Counted from the first letter of the stretch, positions 18,849-29,759 are shown. The stretch: DNA of 64,000 bases from Candidatus Latescibacterota bacterium (GCA_965206595.1 OZ242214.1:3488001-3552000); one strand, 5' to 3'. Translations and numbers: made by a program. Notes: generated by a model not told the origin, from the sequence alone.

Positions 18849-20783
18849 CTACTCCTCGGTGACGGTCATCAGCTGGCCCGAGGCGAACGGTCCCTCCAGG
18901 CTCTGGTCTTTCCCCGAGGGCCAGCGCACCGAGATGCGGTCGGCCGCGGCCGCTTCCCCGAGTCCGAAATACAACGGCATGTCGCTCTGCGACAGGTACC
19001 CCGACTGCCCGTCGTTGATCTTCCTGTAGGTGTTTCCCCCTGCCGCGACCTCGACCACCGCCCCGATGCCGCTCCTGTTGGACACCGTTCCCCGAAGCTG
19101 CACCGACAGGCAGTGGACCTGCTTTTTCTGGGAGAGGTCGCTGACCAGAACCATGGGCTCGGAGTTGAACTCGTTGGTTACGATGTCGAGGTCGCCGTCT
19201 CCTTCGATGTCGAAGAAAACCGACGCGCGCGAGCCGAGGGCCGCCCACACCACGAACTTCCCGGCCCGGTCGGCGCAGTGCTCGTGGCCGGCGGTGGCCT
19301 CGTCGTCGCAGTCGAGAAGGAACCACGCCTTGGCGGTGCGCCCGGACCTCCGCGGCTCGACCCCTAGGATGAACTCGGCATCGAGAAACCCCTGCCCTGC
19401 GTTGTTGACCAGCAGGGTGTTGATCCCGTAGCGGAACGGGTAATTCATGCTCGAGGCGATGAAGATGTCGTCGAAACCGTCGGCGTTCAGGTCTCCGACG
19501 CTGAATCCCCAGGGCCACAGGTTCTCGGCTCCGACGGCGTCGGATACCTCGGCGTACTCCCCGCCGCCGTCGTTGCGGTAGAAGGCGTTGCCGAACACGC
19601 TCATCCCCTGGTCGCGCAGGAAGTCCGGCGGGTACTTCATGTTGGCCTTGCGCTTCTCCCTGTCCGGGGGGACGTCGTCGCTCATGTCGGAGTGCATATC
19701 GCTGACGAACAGGTCGAAATCGCCGTCGTTGTCAAAATCGAACACCTTGGCGCACATCGCTCCCCAGGGGGTTTTGGGGAAAACCTCGCGGCTTCTCAGG
19801 GCGAACCCCTTCCCCCCCTGGTTTTCATAGAACTCGTCGTGCCCCTGCATATCCAGGGTGTAGAGGTCGATCCAGCCGTCCTCGTTGACGTCGATCGGGG
19901 TAGCCGCTCCGGACCAGCCGGTGTCGATGAGGGCCATCTGCTCCGTGACGTCGGCAAAGCGGTTGCCGCCCTCGTTGCGGTAGAGGATGCTGGGCTCCGT
20001 GCGCCCTGGTTTGAGGTGGCCGGCGAAGGCATCGCCGAAGGCTGCGAAATATTCGTACGATGCCGACGAGTCCGGATCGACGGCGTCGAGGGGGGCGGTG
20101 ATCACCTCGTCCCTCGTGTAAACGCCGACGTTGCACAGGTACAGATCCAGCAGACCGTCGCGATCGTAGTCGAAGAAGACGGCGGCAGAGGAATGGCCGC
20201 TGTAGGAAAGGCTGGAAGGTCCGGTTACGTCTGAAAACAGGCCGGAACCCTGGTTCTCGAAAAGGAAATTGCCGCCGCGGACAGTGGTCGCGAACAGGTC
20301 GGGGTCGCCATCGTTGTCGGTGTCGGCGAACGAGGCGCTGACCCCAATGGGGGCGCTGATGTCGATACCTGGAGAAGAGGCGGTGAAATCCTCGAACCGA
20401 CCTCCTCCGGCGTTGCGCCACAGCTCGTTCGCACCCGCCTGCGTCGAGAAATAGATATCGAGCTGCCCGTCTCCATCGATGTCGGCGACGGCGACACCGT
20501 TGCCGTGGTCGTAGTGGGAGGGCTTGTACTTCAGACCCGTGTCGTCGGTGCAGATGTTGGCGAAGGTGATCCCGCTGTCCTCGTAGCGATCGCTGAAAGC
20601 GAAACCCACGAAGGCACCGAAGCTGCCTGCCGTCTCCAACTGTTGTTGCCTGCGCGTCTCAATCCAGGAGGGCTCGATGATCTCGAGCGGGACCGGCAGG
20701 GAGCGCCGCATCGATGCGACCCCGCTCTCCGTGGCCAGCAGGTGGACACCCACTGCGACAGCGAGGGCGATTCTCCTTTTCAT
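18849..20783 (-). CDS. CRTAC1-family FG-GAP/VCBS repeat protein with ASPIC/UnbV domain
   Basis: Repeated DxDxDGxxD motifs. C-terminal SNRSGIGA, GYLSQS, YFGLG, VRWPSG. Signal peptide from ATG 20783. Confidence 0.9.
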   Translation of the reverse strand: MKRRIALAVAVGVHLLATESGVASMRRSLPVPLEIIEPSWIETRRQQQLETAGSFGAFVGFAFSDRYEDSGITFANICTDDTGLKYKPSHYDHGNGVAVADIDGDGQLDIYFSTQAGANELWRNAGGGRFEDFTASSPGIDISAPIGVSASFADTDNDGDPDLFATTVRGGNFLFENQGSGLFSDVTGPSSLSYSGHSSAAVFFDYDRDGLLDLYLCNVGVYTRDEVITAPLDAVDPDSSASYEYFAAFGDAFAGHLKPGRTEPSILYRNEGGNRFADVTEQMALIDTGWSGAATPIDVNEDGWIDLYTLDMQGHDEFYENQGGKGFALRSREVFPKTPWGAMCAKVFDFDNDGDFDLFVSDMHSDMSDDVPPDREKRKANMKYPPDFLRDQGMSVFGNAFYRNDGGGEYAEVSDAVGAENLWPWGFSVGDLNADGFDDIFIASSMNYPFRYGINTLLVNNAGQGFLDAEFILGVEPRRSGRTAKAWFLLDCDDEATAGHEHCADRAGKFVVWAALGSRASVFFDIEGDGDLDIVTNEFNSEPMVLVSDLSQKKQVHCLSVQLRGTVSNRSGIGAVVEVAAGGNTYRKINDGQSGYLSQSDMPLYFGLGEAAAADRISVRWPSGKDQSLEGPFASGQLMTVTEE

Positions 20784-20914
20784 GCCTGCGTCCTTCCCCA
20801 CGCGGCTATGGGTTGCGATCCCTTTTCAGCCCGGGCATGGCACATCCCGGCTACGTCCAATTGGCGAGGAGCTCGTCCCCCAGCCAATGGATCTGCTCCC
20901 CAGTGCTTCGATTT

Positions 20915-22543
20915 CTATATCTTGGCCAGTTCGTCGTAAAAGACGCGAACCGCGTGCTTCTGGCGAAGCGTTCGCACGTAGTCGATAAAGGCGCGCTTGC
21001 GTTTGCGGATCTTCACTATGGCCGCGGCGCGCCGAGCCGACTCGGAGTACGGCCGCAATACCGGCGGCTCGCGACCGATGATTTTGCACACGGAGTAGCC
21101 GCTGTGCGTCTTGACCGGACCGAACACCGCCCCGTCCTCCAGTCCCTCCGCGGTCTCGTAGAGTTTCCTGTGCCGGCTGTTCTTCGATATGGTAATGCGG
21201 CCGTCGTGGTGGGCCATTCCCTCGCGAATGGTGTATTCCCTGGCAAGCTTCTCTGCATCTTCTCCGGCATCGAGCTGTTCCCTGATCCACTCCCCTTCTT
21301 CGGGGATACCGAGGAGGATCTCGGTGACTTCGATCTCCTCCCCGGTGTGGAATACCTCGGGGTGGTTGTCGTAATAGTCACGAGCCTCCTGCTCGCTGAC
21401 AGTCACCATGCGGTCCACGTTGCGTAGCCGCAGCTCCTGCATCTGCTGATCCTGGCGGTAGAGATCCAGGGCGCGCAGGATCGTTTCATCCTGATCGATT
21501 CCCGCGGCAGTCGCCTCGGCGATGAACAGCTCCTGGGGGACGACTCCTTCCTCGAGGAATTGCACGAACGCCCCGGGATCGCTGTACTGCCCCGGATCTC
21601 GCTTTCCCTCGGGAACGAACTGCAGGAACTCGACCAGGGAAATGCTCCCACTTTTGTAGGTACAGATCGGAAGCCGCCGTATGGATTCGAAGTCGGCATC
21701 GAGCGAACCGCCTCGCAGCACGATTTCCACCGCCTCCATGTTGATCCGGGGTTCGTACACCATTTGCAGCGAATCGGCGAGCACCTCCGCCCTCTCCGCC
21801 CGCTTCCGTCCGTACACCTCCTCGGCGACGACCTCGCGGACCTCGTACAGGGGAACGTGAACCTCGTCCAGCACCTTGATGATGGTATAGCGCCACTTCT
21901 TCTCGTAGAGGAACCTCATCGGCTCGGTGATCTCGCCTACCTGGAGCCTGAAGATCTTCCGCAGAAACTTCGAGGTGTCGTCGAACCTCATGTACTGGGG
22001 GACGACTCCGCCCTGATCGCGCGTTTCCTTGTAAAGCGATCTCTGGCGCGCAAGCTCCCCGAAGTCCGCCCCGTCCAGTATCTCCTGCCGCGTGGCGAGC
22101 GCCTCTTCCTCGGTTTCGAGAAGGATGCCGGCGACGCGAAGGGATCGGTCGCGGCCTCCGAGCTTCTGCTGCGCGAGCAACTCCTCTTCGCTGACTTCGA
22201 TCTGACGGTTGATCGCCTGTCGCTTGTACTCGGTCAGCACCTTCTGTCTGTGAAAAACCTCGAGTTTTGCGAGGAATTCCGGTTCGGCGCCGATGCCCGA
22301 ATCTTCGGCCTCTTTGAGAAGCAGCTTTTTGTCGATGAGACTTTCGAGCATCAGACTGTCGGGTGCAGGACCCGACTTCCCCGACCTGCGGATATCTTCT
22401 ACCGCCTTGCTGAATTCCCTGAGCTCTTCCGCGGTCACATGCTGACCCGCGATTTCGGCAAGTACGACATCCGCGGCGGATGCAATTCCGGTTCGACACA
22501 GTACGGCGACGGCGCACGCCGTCAGGATGAGATTCATTTGCAT
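20915..22543 (-). CDS. periplasmic parvulin-type peptidyl-prolyl isomerase / SurA-PrsA-like chaperone with two PPIase-like modules
   Basis: Signal peptide. GADFGELARQRS..GG, LQVGEITEP, GEDAEKLAREYT, GPVKTHSGYSVCK. Confidence 0.85.
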   Translation of the reverse strand: MQMNLILTACAVAVLCRTGIASAADVVLAEIAGQHVTAEELREFSKAVEDIRRSGKSGPAPDSLMLESLIDKKLLLKEAEDSGIGAEPEFLAKLEVFHRQKVLTEYKRQAINRQIEVSEEELLAQQKLGGRDRSLRVAGILLETEEEALATRQEILDGADFGELARQRSLYKETRDQGGVVPQYMRFDDTSKFLRKIFRLQVGEITEPMRFLYEKKWRYTIIKVLDEVHVPLYEVREVVAEEVYGRKRAERAEVLADSLQMVYEPRINMEAVEIVLRGGSLDADFESIRRLPICTYKSGSISLVEFLQFVPEGKRDPGQYSDPGAFVQFLEEGVVPQELFIAEATAAGIDQDETILRALDLYRQDQQMQELRLRNVDRMVTVSEQEARDYYDNHPEVFHTGEEIEVTEILLGIPEEGEWIREQLDAGEDAEKLAREYTIREGMAHHDGRITISKNSRHRKLYETAEGLEDGAVFGPVKTHSGYSVCKIIGREPPVLRPYSESARRAAAIVKIRKRKRAFIDYVRTLRQKHAVRVFYDELAKI

Positions 22544-22571
22544 GGTCCTCGATCGTGCAGTAGTGGACACT

Positions 22572-25196
22572 TCAATACGTCAGGGCAACGGTGCGGAAGA
22601 TCTCCCGATCCTCGACTCCCGATCCATCGGTGTCGCTGCCGAGGCGCAAGCGCAGGGCATAGAGGCCAGGCGGTACGAGGTTCCCCGCTTCGTCGCGCCC
22701 ATCCCACGGAATCGAGTAGGTGCCGGCGCTTACATTGCGCTGCTCTCCGAGGAGCCGGACCCTGCGGCCTGCAAGATCGAATATATCCGCTTCGACCGCG
22801 GTGCTCCCACCGACCATCATGAGCGTGAAGTCCAGGGTCATTACATCGTTGACGCGATCATCGTTGGGGGAAAAGACAGGAGGATTTACCGCCAGGTTTC
22901 CAAACAGCTCCTTGCGCTCGGGCTGGGCCACTACCTGAAGCGAAGCGCGGGTCACCTTCTCGTCGACCCGTTGCCAAAGGCCGTCTCCCGAGCCTCGCAG
23001 CAACGCCTGCAGGCGTCCCCCGGTGGAGTAGAGGGTACCCCGAAAGTCGACGCGCACCACCTCGGTTCCCGACCGCACCTCCGGGAAAGCAAGGTGCAAG
23101 CTGTCGCCTCCGGCCAACACCTCGATCCCTTCCAACACCTGATCGCCGGTGTCGCCACCCTCTTCGAAAACGGAAGCCGGGCCTGCGAATACTGATTCGC
23201 GCACCGGATCGAAGCTCAATTTCATCCCCGCAGGCGCCACCAGCAGCAACTCGTTGAAGGGATTGCCCTGATCCTCGATTTCGACCAGCAGCGAGAACCC
23301 GCGCTCGACTCCCAAATGGTCCACGCGGGACGGGATCACCTGGCCCCGAAGGCTGTTGGCCACCGGATCCGAGAAGTTGATCTTGATGGAACTCAGGCTG
23401 GCGTGGACATTCGGATCGTCGGACAGCAAGGTAGCCCGGATTGTCAGGAATTCGCGCGGCGAAGGCGAGGTGATCGCGCTGCCCGAGGCCACTCCGTACG
23501 GCTCGCTCCAAGGCTCCCAGTCACTGCCCGCCACTTCCTCGGGAACGATATCCCCTTTCTGCGAGCTGATGCGGATCTTGCTGTACGCCTCCTCTGTAAT
23601 TTTCGTTCCATCCGCCTTGAAGTAGTGCAACAGAGTGTCGAGGGTGTTCCCCGTTCGCGTCTGGAGCTGCACCCGCGTTCCGGGAGGGGCATCGGCGTCC
23701 CACTCGATCGTTGTCAGGTTGCGGCTTCCCCCCAGCTGGATCAGGTCCGAAGTGAGTTCCACCTGCGGCTGATATCCCTGCCCGATCAGCTGCAGGTCGC
23801 CAACGTAGGCGACTACGTTGGCGGGGTATTGGTTCTTGCCGGCGCGCCGATACTGCAGTCGAAAGAAGCGGGCTTTGACCGGCTCGAAGTCGAAGCCGTA
23901 GAGATGGACGAGGCCGCTGGTCGCGGTACGCTGCGGCAGACCGCCGTATTCCACCATGCGTTCCCACTTCAGCGATCCATCTATTTCACGAGTGCCGTCG
24001 GAGAAATCGATCGCGAACCCTCCGAAGGTCCAGGCGTGCTCTCCGGCCCTGAAATTGAGCGACATGCGTTTTCCCTCTATCCAGAAGAAGGAACCGAGAT
24101 CGGCGATGAGATCGACGAGAAACGAGGCGTCGTGAAGTCCGGAAGCTGCGAGGTTGAAGGCGAGATAGCTTTCGATTGTCCCGTCGAGGAGGATCTGCGG
24201 ATTGAGATCAGCGGCGCCGAGCACGTGGGTGGTGGTATGCGAGAATGAGCCCCCACGGGTCAGGGTTTCCTTGAAAATGTCGTCGCCGTCGCCCCATACC
24301 TCGAGCTCTGCGAGGCGCGGCCGCTCCCTTCGGAAGTAGCGAATCGGGCCGCGGCGGCCCTCCTCGAGTTGGTCGTAGATCGCCTTGGTGACAGCGAGCT
24401 CCCCCCCAGTTGACAACAGTTTGGTGTATTCCACCAGACCTGTGTCCCCAGGAGCCTCCTGCCTCAGCAACTCGAAGTCTTCCCGCGATATCTCGCGTCC
24501 CCTTTGCAAACCGGAGCCGTTGACTACTACCTGGACCAGACGCACCAGGCGCTTCCGGTGCTGCTCTAGTGGCAGGTTGGCAAGATCGATCTCAATCACC
24601 CGCTCGTTCACGTTTGCCCGCAGAGTCTGGTACACTCGCGTGAAATCGACGGATTTGCCGGCTATCGCCTTGACCGGTTTTTGCCCGTCCGAGACCATCA
24701 CGTCGAAGAGCTGAAAGGGATCACCCAGATCCTCTTCGACGAAGCGGAGCACGATCTTGTTTGCGATCACGGTTCGTCCCATGTCGACAGTGAACCACCA
24801 TTGCAGGCCGAGATCCCTGGCCGAGCCAGACGGGGGGGAGGGCTCCCAATACGTTGTCAGGTCCCCGTCGAACAGGTTGACGACGTCTTCGCGGTTGGCA
24901 CCGGCATCGACCGCGTCGAGCAGGACAATCTCTTCGGGATCCTTCTTGATGTTGCCGGGTGGGTTTGAGCGCAGATTTTCTTCGATGTCACGCACGGCGT
25001 TCGTATTCGTGCGCCAGAATCTCGGTCGGACCCCCTCGTCGTCGATCACCAAGGTACCGAGGGGAAATATCCAGCTTTCCCAGTGGGTCTGGCCATCGAC
25101 AATTATGGAACCGGGGCGCACGGCGTGGCCGCTTTGCGATCCTGCATCGTTGGCGAGCAACGCCAAGGCCGAACATAGGACGGGGAATCTTTTCAT
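22572..25196 (-). CDS. secreted protein, two discoidin-like domains plus FlgD-Ig/CTD-like domain
   Basis: Paralogue of 12234-14915. MKRF signal, NLFDGDLTTYWEP, FSPNDDRVND, WDGRDEAG, PPGLY, VALTY. Confidence 0.8.
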   Translation of the reverse strand: MKRFPVLCSALALLANDAGSQSGHAVRPGSIIVDGQTHWESWIFPLGTLVIDDEGVRPRFWRTNTNAVRDIEENLRSNPPGNIKKDPEEIVLLDAVDAGANREDVVNLFDGDLTTYWEPSPPSGSARDLGLQWWFTVDMGRTVIANKIVLRFVEEDLGDPFQLFDVMVSDGQKPVKAIAGKSVDFTRVYQTLRANVNERVIEIDLANLPLEQHRKRLVRLVQVVVNGSGLQRGREISREDFELLRQEAPGDTGLVEYTKLLSTGGELAVTKAIYDQLEEGRRGPIRYFRRERPRLAELEVWGDGDDIFKETLTRGGSFSHTTTHVLGAADLNPQILLDGTIESYLAFNLAASGLHDASFLVDLIADLGSFFWIEGKRMSLNFRAGEHAWTFGGFAIDFSDGTREIDGSLKWERMVEYGGLPQRTATSGLVHLYGFDFEPVKARFFRLQYRRAGKNQYPANVVAYVGDLQLIGQGYQPQVELTSDLIQLGGSRNLTTIEWDADAPPGTRVQLQTRTGNTLDTLLHYFKADGTKITEEAYSKIRISSQKGDIVPEEVAGSDWEPWSEPYGVASGSAITSPSPREFLTIRATLLSDDPNVHASLSSIKINFSDPVANSLRGQVIPSRVDHLGVERGFSLLVEIEDQGNPFNELLLVAPAGMKLSFDPVRESVFAGPASVFEEGGDTGDQVLEGIEVLAGGDSLHLAFPEVRSGTEVVRVDFRGTLYSTGGRLQALLRGSGDGLWQRVDEKVTRASLQVVAQPERKELFGNLAVNPPVFSPNDDRVNDVMTLDFTLMMVGGSTAVEADIFDLAGRRVRLLGEQRNVSAGTYSIPWDGRDEAGNLVPPGLYALRLRLGSDTDGSGVEDREIFRTVALTY

Positions 25197-25237
25197 CGCT
25201 GAAATCCTCGTTCTAATTTGTCAATCCACAGGCGATC

Positions 25238-25450
25238 GGTAGCGGTCTCTTCGTCCGCTTCGACTTCCAGCCTCAGCAGATACAAGCCGGGGAAAAACAG
25301 CCTGGCCTCCTCGTCACGGCCATCCCAGGTCGCGGTAAGACGGTCGCTGATCCCCGCTTCCACCGGAATACTCGTTACACGCATTCCCGCCAGATTGAAC
25401 ACCTCCCGCCAAGTTCACCAGATCGTATTCAACTATCAGAAGATCGTTGG
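25238..25450 (-). pseudogene. remnant of a FlgD-Ig/CTD-like domain (decayed copy of the 3' end of 25648-27633)
   Basis: NDLLIVEYDLVNLAG, then a frameshifting deletion, then VFNLAGMRV..GIS..ATWDGRDE..PGLYLLRL.V.AD.E, matching the 661-aa protein. Confidence 0.8.
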
Positions 25451-25647
25451 AATGGGCATTCATGTCTGTCTTCAAATGCCTGCAGGGCCGTGGGCCCACT
25501 TCGACCTGCGGTACCGCAGTGATTCTCGGGGGATCCACCGCCAGACTGTTCGACAAACAACCTAAAGCAAAGAGGGAGCAGCTCCAATGTGGTCCGCTCC
25601 CTCTTTGCTTTGCAACCAGAATATTTCCAAGGGCTTAAATCACAACT

Positions 25648-27633
25648 TCAGTACGCAATTGGAAGTGTGGCCACCTCGATATCGATCTCTTTGTCCGCGT
25701 CGACTTTCAGCCTGAGCAGATACAAACCCGGAGACAGGAGTCTGTCCTGTTCGTCTCGGCCATCCCAGGTCGCTGAAAAACGGCCGCTGATCCCCGTTTC
25801 CACCGAGATACCCGCCACACGCACCCCCGCCAGATTGAACACCTCCAGCGCCACCGGAACGCCCCCTACCAGGTTCACCAGATCGTATTCCACCTTCAGC
25901 AGGTCGTTGATCCCGTCGGCGTTCGGAGTGAAAGCGGACACCCCGAGTGCCTGGATATTGCGCGTGCCCACCTTCGCCGGCGATACGCTGAGTGAATTCC
26001 CTTCCACCAGCGGATCGGCGTCCCCGGCAGTGACCCGCTGGCGCACTTCCATTGGGCGTGCGCTGTCGTAAACCCGGCCAATGAAAACCGTCCCCACCTT
26101 GAACACCTCGCTCTGAAACACCACCTCGATGAGCTCACCCGAGGACTGCAGGTCGACCCGGGGAATATGCACTGAAAAGCTCTCGCCGTCCCAGGGCGTA
26201 ACGGAAAACTCCCCTGGAGACAGAACCGCGGAGCCGATGCGCACCTCGTCGACGCTCGCCGGAGCTACAGGAGTTTTTATTTGGATACTGTCGAAACCGA
26301 GGTCGTCCTCCTGCATCTCTGGAAGCAGCTTGTAGACGAAAGGGGTAGTTTGGCCCAGCTCGGTTACTGTCGGCGCGATCTCCGCCAGTACCTGACTGGC
26401 AACTGGCGGCGTCGAGACCTCGAATTCCACATATTCCAGCTTGCCTCCCGCGGAGCCGATTGTCGAGGCAAAATCGGCTTTGATCTGCACGAATTGCCGA
26501 GGCTTGTCACTGACAAGGTCGCCGCGTCCGGCATTGAAATCGAGCAGTGTCGTCCAGAAGCCCCAGTTCTCTCTGTCGGGTGTTATCGGTAACCTCTCGC
26601 CACCCTCCAGCCGCTGGTAGGATGACCTGGTGAGTTCGTTTCCCCCGGCATCGAAGCGGGATTTTTCGTCGCCCCGGAATGTCAGGCGCCAGTAGAAGTT
26701 CGGGTCTTCGTCGTCTCCTGTGCGCACGCTAAGGTCGATGGCAGCCCCTTGGTCCACTGAGCCCCCCCACGCCAAGTTACCGAGGCTCGAGCGGGCCCCC
26801 AAGTCGATGATGTTGGATGTGTAAGCCGCTCGTGACACGAACCCCTCCCCGTAAATCTCGAGTTCGGCGAGTTCCCAGTTCCCCTCTCCGGCGGCCAGTA
26901 TGAGCTCCGAAATTGGCTCGTCGGGCAACTCGAGATCGAGGACGGCAGTGGTGTTTTCCCTGATGTCGATTTTGACGTCGAAATCGACGTAACGCTCTCC
27001 ACGCCAAGTCAGCCTGCCCTCTCGCGTGCCGTGCAAAGGGTCGAGACCCAGCGTTGCGGGAGTTCTGTTGACCGGTGCGTTGTTGGTGCCGACCTGCAGG
27101 TTTGGAATAAAGCGGTCGACGTGGTGATCTGGGGTAGGCTGCAAGACGAGACGGCGGATCGGGAAGATGCCCCGGAACTGGATCCATACTGTCTTGCAGT
27201 TCCGAGCAGCGGTGAAGGTGCCGCAGTTGAGGCCGAAACCCGACCCTCCCAGGCCGGTATAGGCGGTTTCGTAGTCGCCGTCGAATGCCAGGTCGAGCAG
27301 GGGTTCGTCCTGCCAGCCATAGCCATTTGAGGACTTGATTTCGGCACCGCGGGACCTGAGCAGGGGAGTGAGGTTTTCGGTTGGGTCGAGGCGCTCGGGT
27401 TGCAGGGGCCCATCCGTCTCGACGAGAAAAGCAGATCCGAACTTTTCCTCGTCGGCATCCGCCCAGCTCAACTGCCTGAAGTCCACTCCTGGTTCGGAGG
27501 CGATTTCGGGAGGCGGTAGCTCGGTCCCACCGATGCGGTAAATGGTCAGGGCGTTGCCGTGCCTCAATCCCGCCAGGGTGAGGATCAGCAAGGCCGCAAG
27601 GGCCAGCGCATGACGGGCCGAGGAAGCGGTCAT
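25648..27633 (-). CDS. secreted protein, one discoidin-like domain plus FlgD-Ig/CTD-like domain
   Basis: Signal peptide. AFDGDYETAY, WELAELEIYGEGF, FTPNADGIND, WDGRD, PGLY, LPIAY. Confidence 0.8.
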   Translation of the reverse strand: MTASSARHALALAALLILTLAGLRHGNALTIYRIGGTELPPPEIASEPGVDFRQLSWADADEEKFGSAFLVETDGPLQPERLDPTENLTPLLRSRGAEIKSSNGYGWQDEPLLDLAFDGDYETAYTGLGGSGFGLNCGTFTAARNCKTVWIQFRGIFPIRRLVLQPTPDHHVDRFIPNLQVGTNNAPVNRTPATLGLDPLHGTREGRLTWRGERYVDFDVKIDIRENTTAVLDLELPDEPISELILAAGEGNWELAELEIYGEGFVSRAAYTSNIIDLGARSSLGNLAWGGSVDQGAAIDLSVRTGDDEDPNFYWRLTFRGDEKSRFDAGGNELTRSSYQRLEGGERLPITPDRENWGFWTTLLDFNAGRGDLVSDKPRQFVQIKADFASTIGSAGGKLEYVEFEVSTPPVASQVLAEIAPTVTELGQTTPFVYKLLPEMQEDDLGFDSIQIKTPVAPASVDEVRIGSAVLSPGEFSVTPWDGESFSVHIPRVDLQSSGELIEVVFQSEVFKVGTVFIGRVYDSARPMEVRQRVTAGDADPLVEGNSLSVSPAKVGTRNIQALGVSAFTPNADGINDLLKVEYDLVNLVGGVPVALEVFNLAGVRVAGISVETGISGRFSATWDGRDEQDRLLSPGLYLLRLKVDADKEIDIEVATLPIAY

Positions 27634-27659
27634 GTCATCCCTCTTGTTTGTTTGGAGAA

Positions 27660-29600
27660 TCAGTAAACGAGGGGCACCGGCGCGACTGCAATGTCGGTCT
27701 CTTCGTCCGCTTCAACCTTCAGCCTGATGAGGTAGATACCGGGGGGCAGCAGCTGGTTGCCGTCTGTGCCGTCCCAGGTTGCCGTGAATCGGCCGCTGTC
27801 ACCGGTGCCTGTTTCGTCGATCTCAATGCCGGCCACCTGTTCGCCGGCAAGGTTATACACATCCAGTTCAACAGGAACCGCCCCAGAGAGATTTACGAGA
27901 TCGTACTTGATTTGGAGCACATCGTTGACGCCATCGCCGTTCGGGGTAATGGCGGACACGACCAGAGCCTGGATTGAGTGCGTACTGACCGTGGTTGGCG
28001 ATACGGTGAGTGAATTGCCCTCCACCAAGGGGTCGGCGTCCCCTTCTGTGACGCGCTGGCGAACCTCGAATGGCTTCTGGCTGTCAAACACCCTGCCGGC
28101 AAACACGGTGCCCACTTTGAACACCTCGCTCTGAAACTCCACCTCGATGAGCTCTCCAGAGGACTGCAGATCGACCCTTGGCACCTGGACCGAAAAGTTC
28201 TCCCCGTCGTAGGGAGTGACGTCGAACTCCCCCGGAGACAGAACCGTTGATCCGATGCGCACTTCATCGACGCTCACTGGCGCCAGAGGGGTGGTGATCT
28301 GAATGCTGTCGAAACCGAGGTCGTCTCCCTGTATCCGGGGAAGTAGTTTATAAGTAAACAACGTGGTCTGTCCGAGCGGCGCTTCGCGAGGGAAGATTTC
28401 GGCCATCACCTCGCTCGCCACAGGCGGCGTCGACACCTCGAATTGCAGAAAGTCCAGAGAACTTCCGACCGAGCCCTTTGTCGAGAAGAAATCCGCCTTG
28501 ATCTGCACGAATCTACGCGGCTTGCCACCCACCAAGTCACTGCGACCTGCGTCGAAGTCCAGCGGCGCCGTCCAGAATCCCCAATTCTCGCTGTCCGGTG
28601 CGATGCCTCCCTTCTCACCACCCTCCAAACGGTTATAACTGCGACGGTCCAAGGGTTTGCCTTCGTGGTCGAAGCTGCTTCGCTCCTCACCGCGGAAGGT
28701 GAGGCGCCAGTAAGAGTTGGGATCCTCGTCATCCCCCGTGCGCATGCTGAGCCGGATACCAGCCCCTGAATCTTCGCTGCCGGACCAAATGAGGTCGCCC
28801 AGACTGGAGCGCCCACCGAGGTCAAAGATGTTCGAAACGTAATTTGCCCGCGCAACATAACCGTCCCCGTAGATCTCGAGCTCGGCGATTTCCCAGTCTC
28901 CCGAAGGGGACTCGACCAGCATTTCGGCAATCGGAACATCGGGCAGATCCAAGTCGAGGACGGGGGTCCGATTCTCGGTGACGTTGTAGACCACGTCGAA
29001 GTCGAAGAACTTTTCACCTCTCCAACTGTGCCTGTACTCCCGGGTTCCGCGCTTGCGAATGTCGCCGTCGTTGGTGCCGATGACGTAGCTCTTGACGAAC
29101 CGCTCGTTGAGGAACTTCGGGGAAGGCTGGAAAACGACCCGGCGAATGGGAAAAAGGCCGGCGAAATCTATCCAGATCCCCTTCTGATACTGGCTCCCTG
29201 TCTGGTCTCCCGGCACGCCCTGAAAGGCGGTGTTGTAGTCCCCGTCGAACAGAAAATCGAGGTCGGGCTGATCCTGCCATCCGTAGGAATTGTTCAATTG
29301 TATGCGTCCGCCGCGCTCCCGGATCAACGGCGTCAGGTTGACGCTGGGGTCGAGACGGACAGGAACCAACGACCCGCTGGTCTCCAGCTGATGAGAACTG
29401 CCGAACAGGTCGTCGTCTACATCTGCCCAGAAAAGCTGAACGAAATCAACACCCTCCTCGGTTGCCGCTTCCGGCACCGGCAGATCCTCCCCGCCCAGCC
29501 GGTAGATGACCAGTGCTTCTCCTCGCTCAGCCATAATCAGGGCCAAACAGAAGAGGAATCTCGTCAGGATGGTAACTATCATTGCTTTCATCGCTTGCAT
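27660..29600 (-). CDS. secreted protein, one discoidin-like domain plus FlgD-Ig/CTD-like domain (tandem paralogue of 25648-27633)
   Basis: LFDGDYNTAF, WEIAELEIYGDGY, ITPNGDGVND, WDGTD, PPGIY, VPLVY. GAGGGG RBS before ATG 29600. Confidence 0.8.
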   Translation of the reverse strand: MQAMKAMIVTILTRFLFCLALIMAERGEALVIYRLGGEDLPVPEAATEEGVDFVQLFWADVDDDLFGSSHQLETSGSLVPVRLDPSVNLTPLIRERGGRIQLNNSYGWQDQPDLDFLFDGDYNTAFQGVPGDQTGSQYQKGIWIDFAGLFPIRRVVFQPSPKFLNERFVKSYVIGTNDGDIRKRGTREYRHSWRGEKFFDFDVVYNVTENRTPVLDLDLPDVPIAEMLVESPSGDWEIAELEIYGDGYVARANYVSNIFDLGGRSSLGDLIWSGSEDSGAGIRLSMRTGDDEDPNSYWRLTFRGEERSSFDHEGKPLDRRSYNRLEGGEKGGIAPDSENWGFWTAPLDFDAGRSDLVGGKPRRFVQIKADFFSTKGSVGSSLDFLQFEVSTPPVASEVMAEIFPREAPLGQTTLFTYKLLPRIQGDDLGFDSIQITTPLAPVSVDEVRIGSTVLSPGEFDVTPYDGENFSVQVPRVDLQSSGELIEVEFQSEVFKVGTVFAGRVFDSQKPFEVRQRVTEGDADPLVEGNSLTVSPTTVSTHSIQALVVSAITPNGDGVNDVLQIKYDLVNLSGAVPVELDVYNLAGEQVAGIEIDETGTGDSGRFTATWDGTDGNQLLPPGIYLIRLKVEADEETDIAVAPVPLVY

Positions 29601-29700
29601 AGAAGATCCCCTCACCTGTCCTGCTGCCGGCCCCGAACCGAATTCCGTTCAGTCTCCCGGACATTCATTCGATTTCTCATAGATCTCGTTGGCATAAGGT

Positions 29701-29736
29701 AAAAAAAAGGGATGGACCCCGACACGGATCCATCCC
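29701..29736 (-). terminator. rho-independent terminator
   Basis: Minus strand GGGATGGA-TCCGTGTCGGGG-TCCATCCC followed by T8, about 25 bp after the 29760 stop. Confidence 0.9.
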
Positions 29737-29759
29737 AGGTACTCCAAGAAAGCGAACCT

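Noticed and set aside
18849-20783. Enediyne biosynthetic cluster suggested by UnbV domains
   Set aside because: No polyketide synthase or thioesterase genes. ASPIC/UnbV proteins are widespread outside such clusters.
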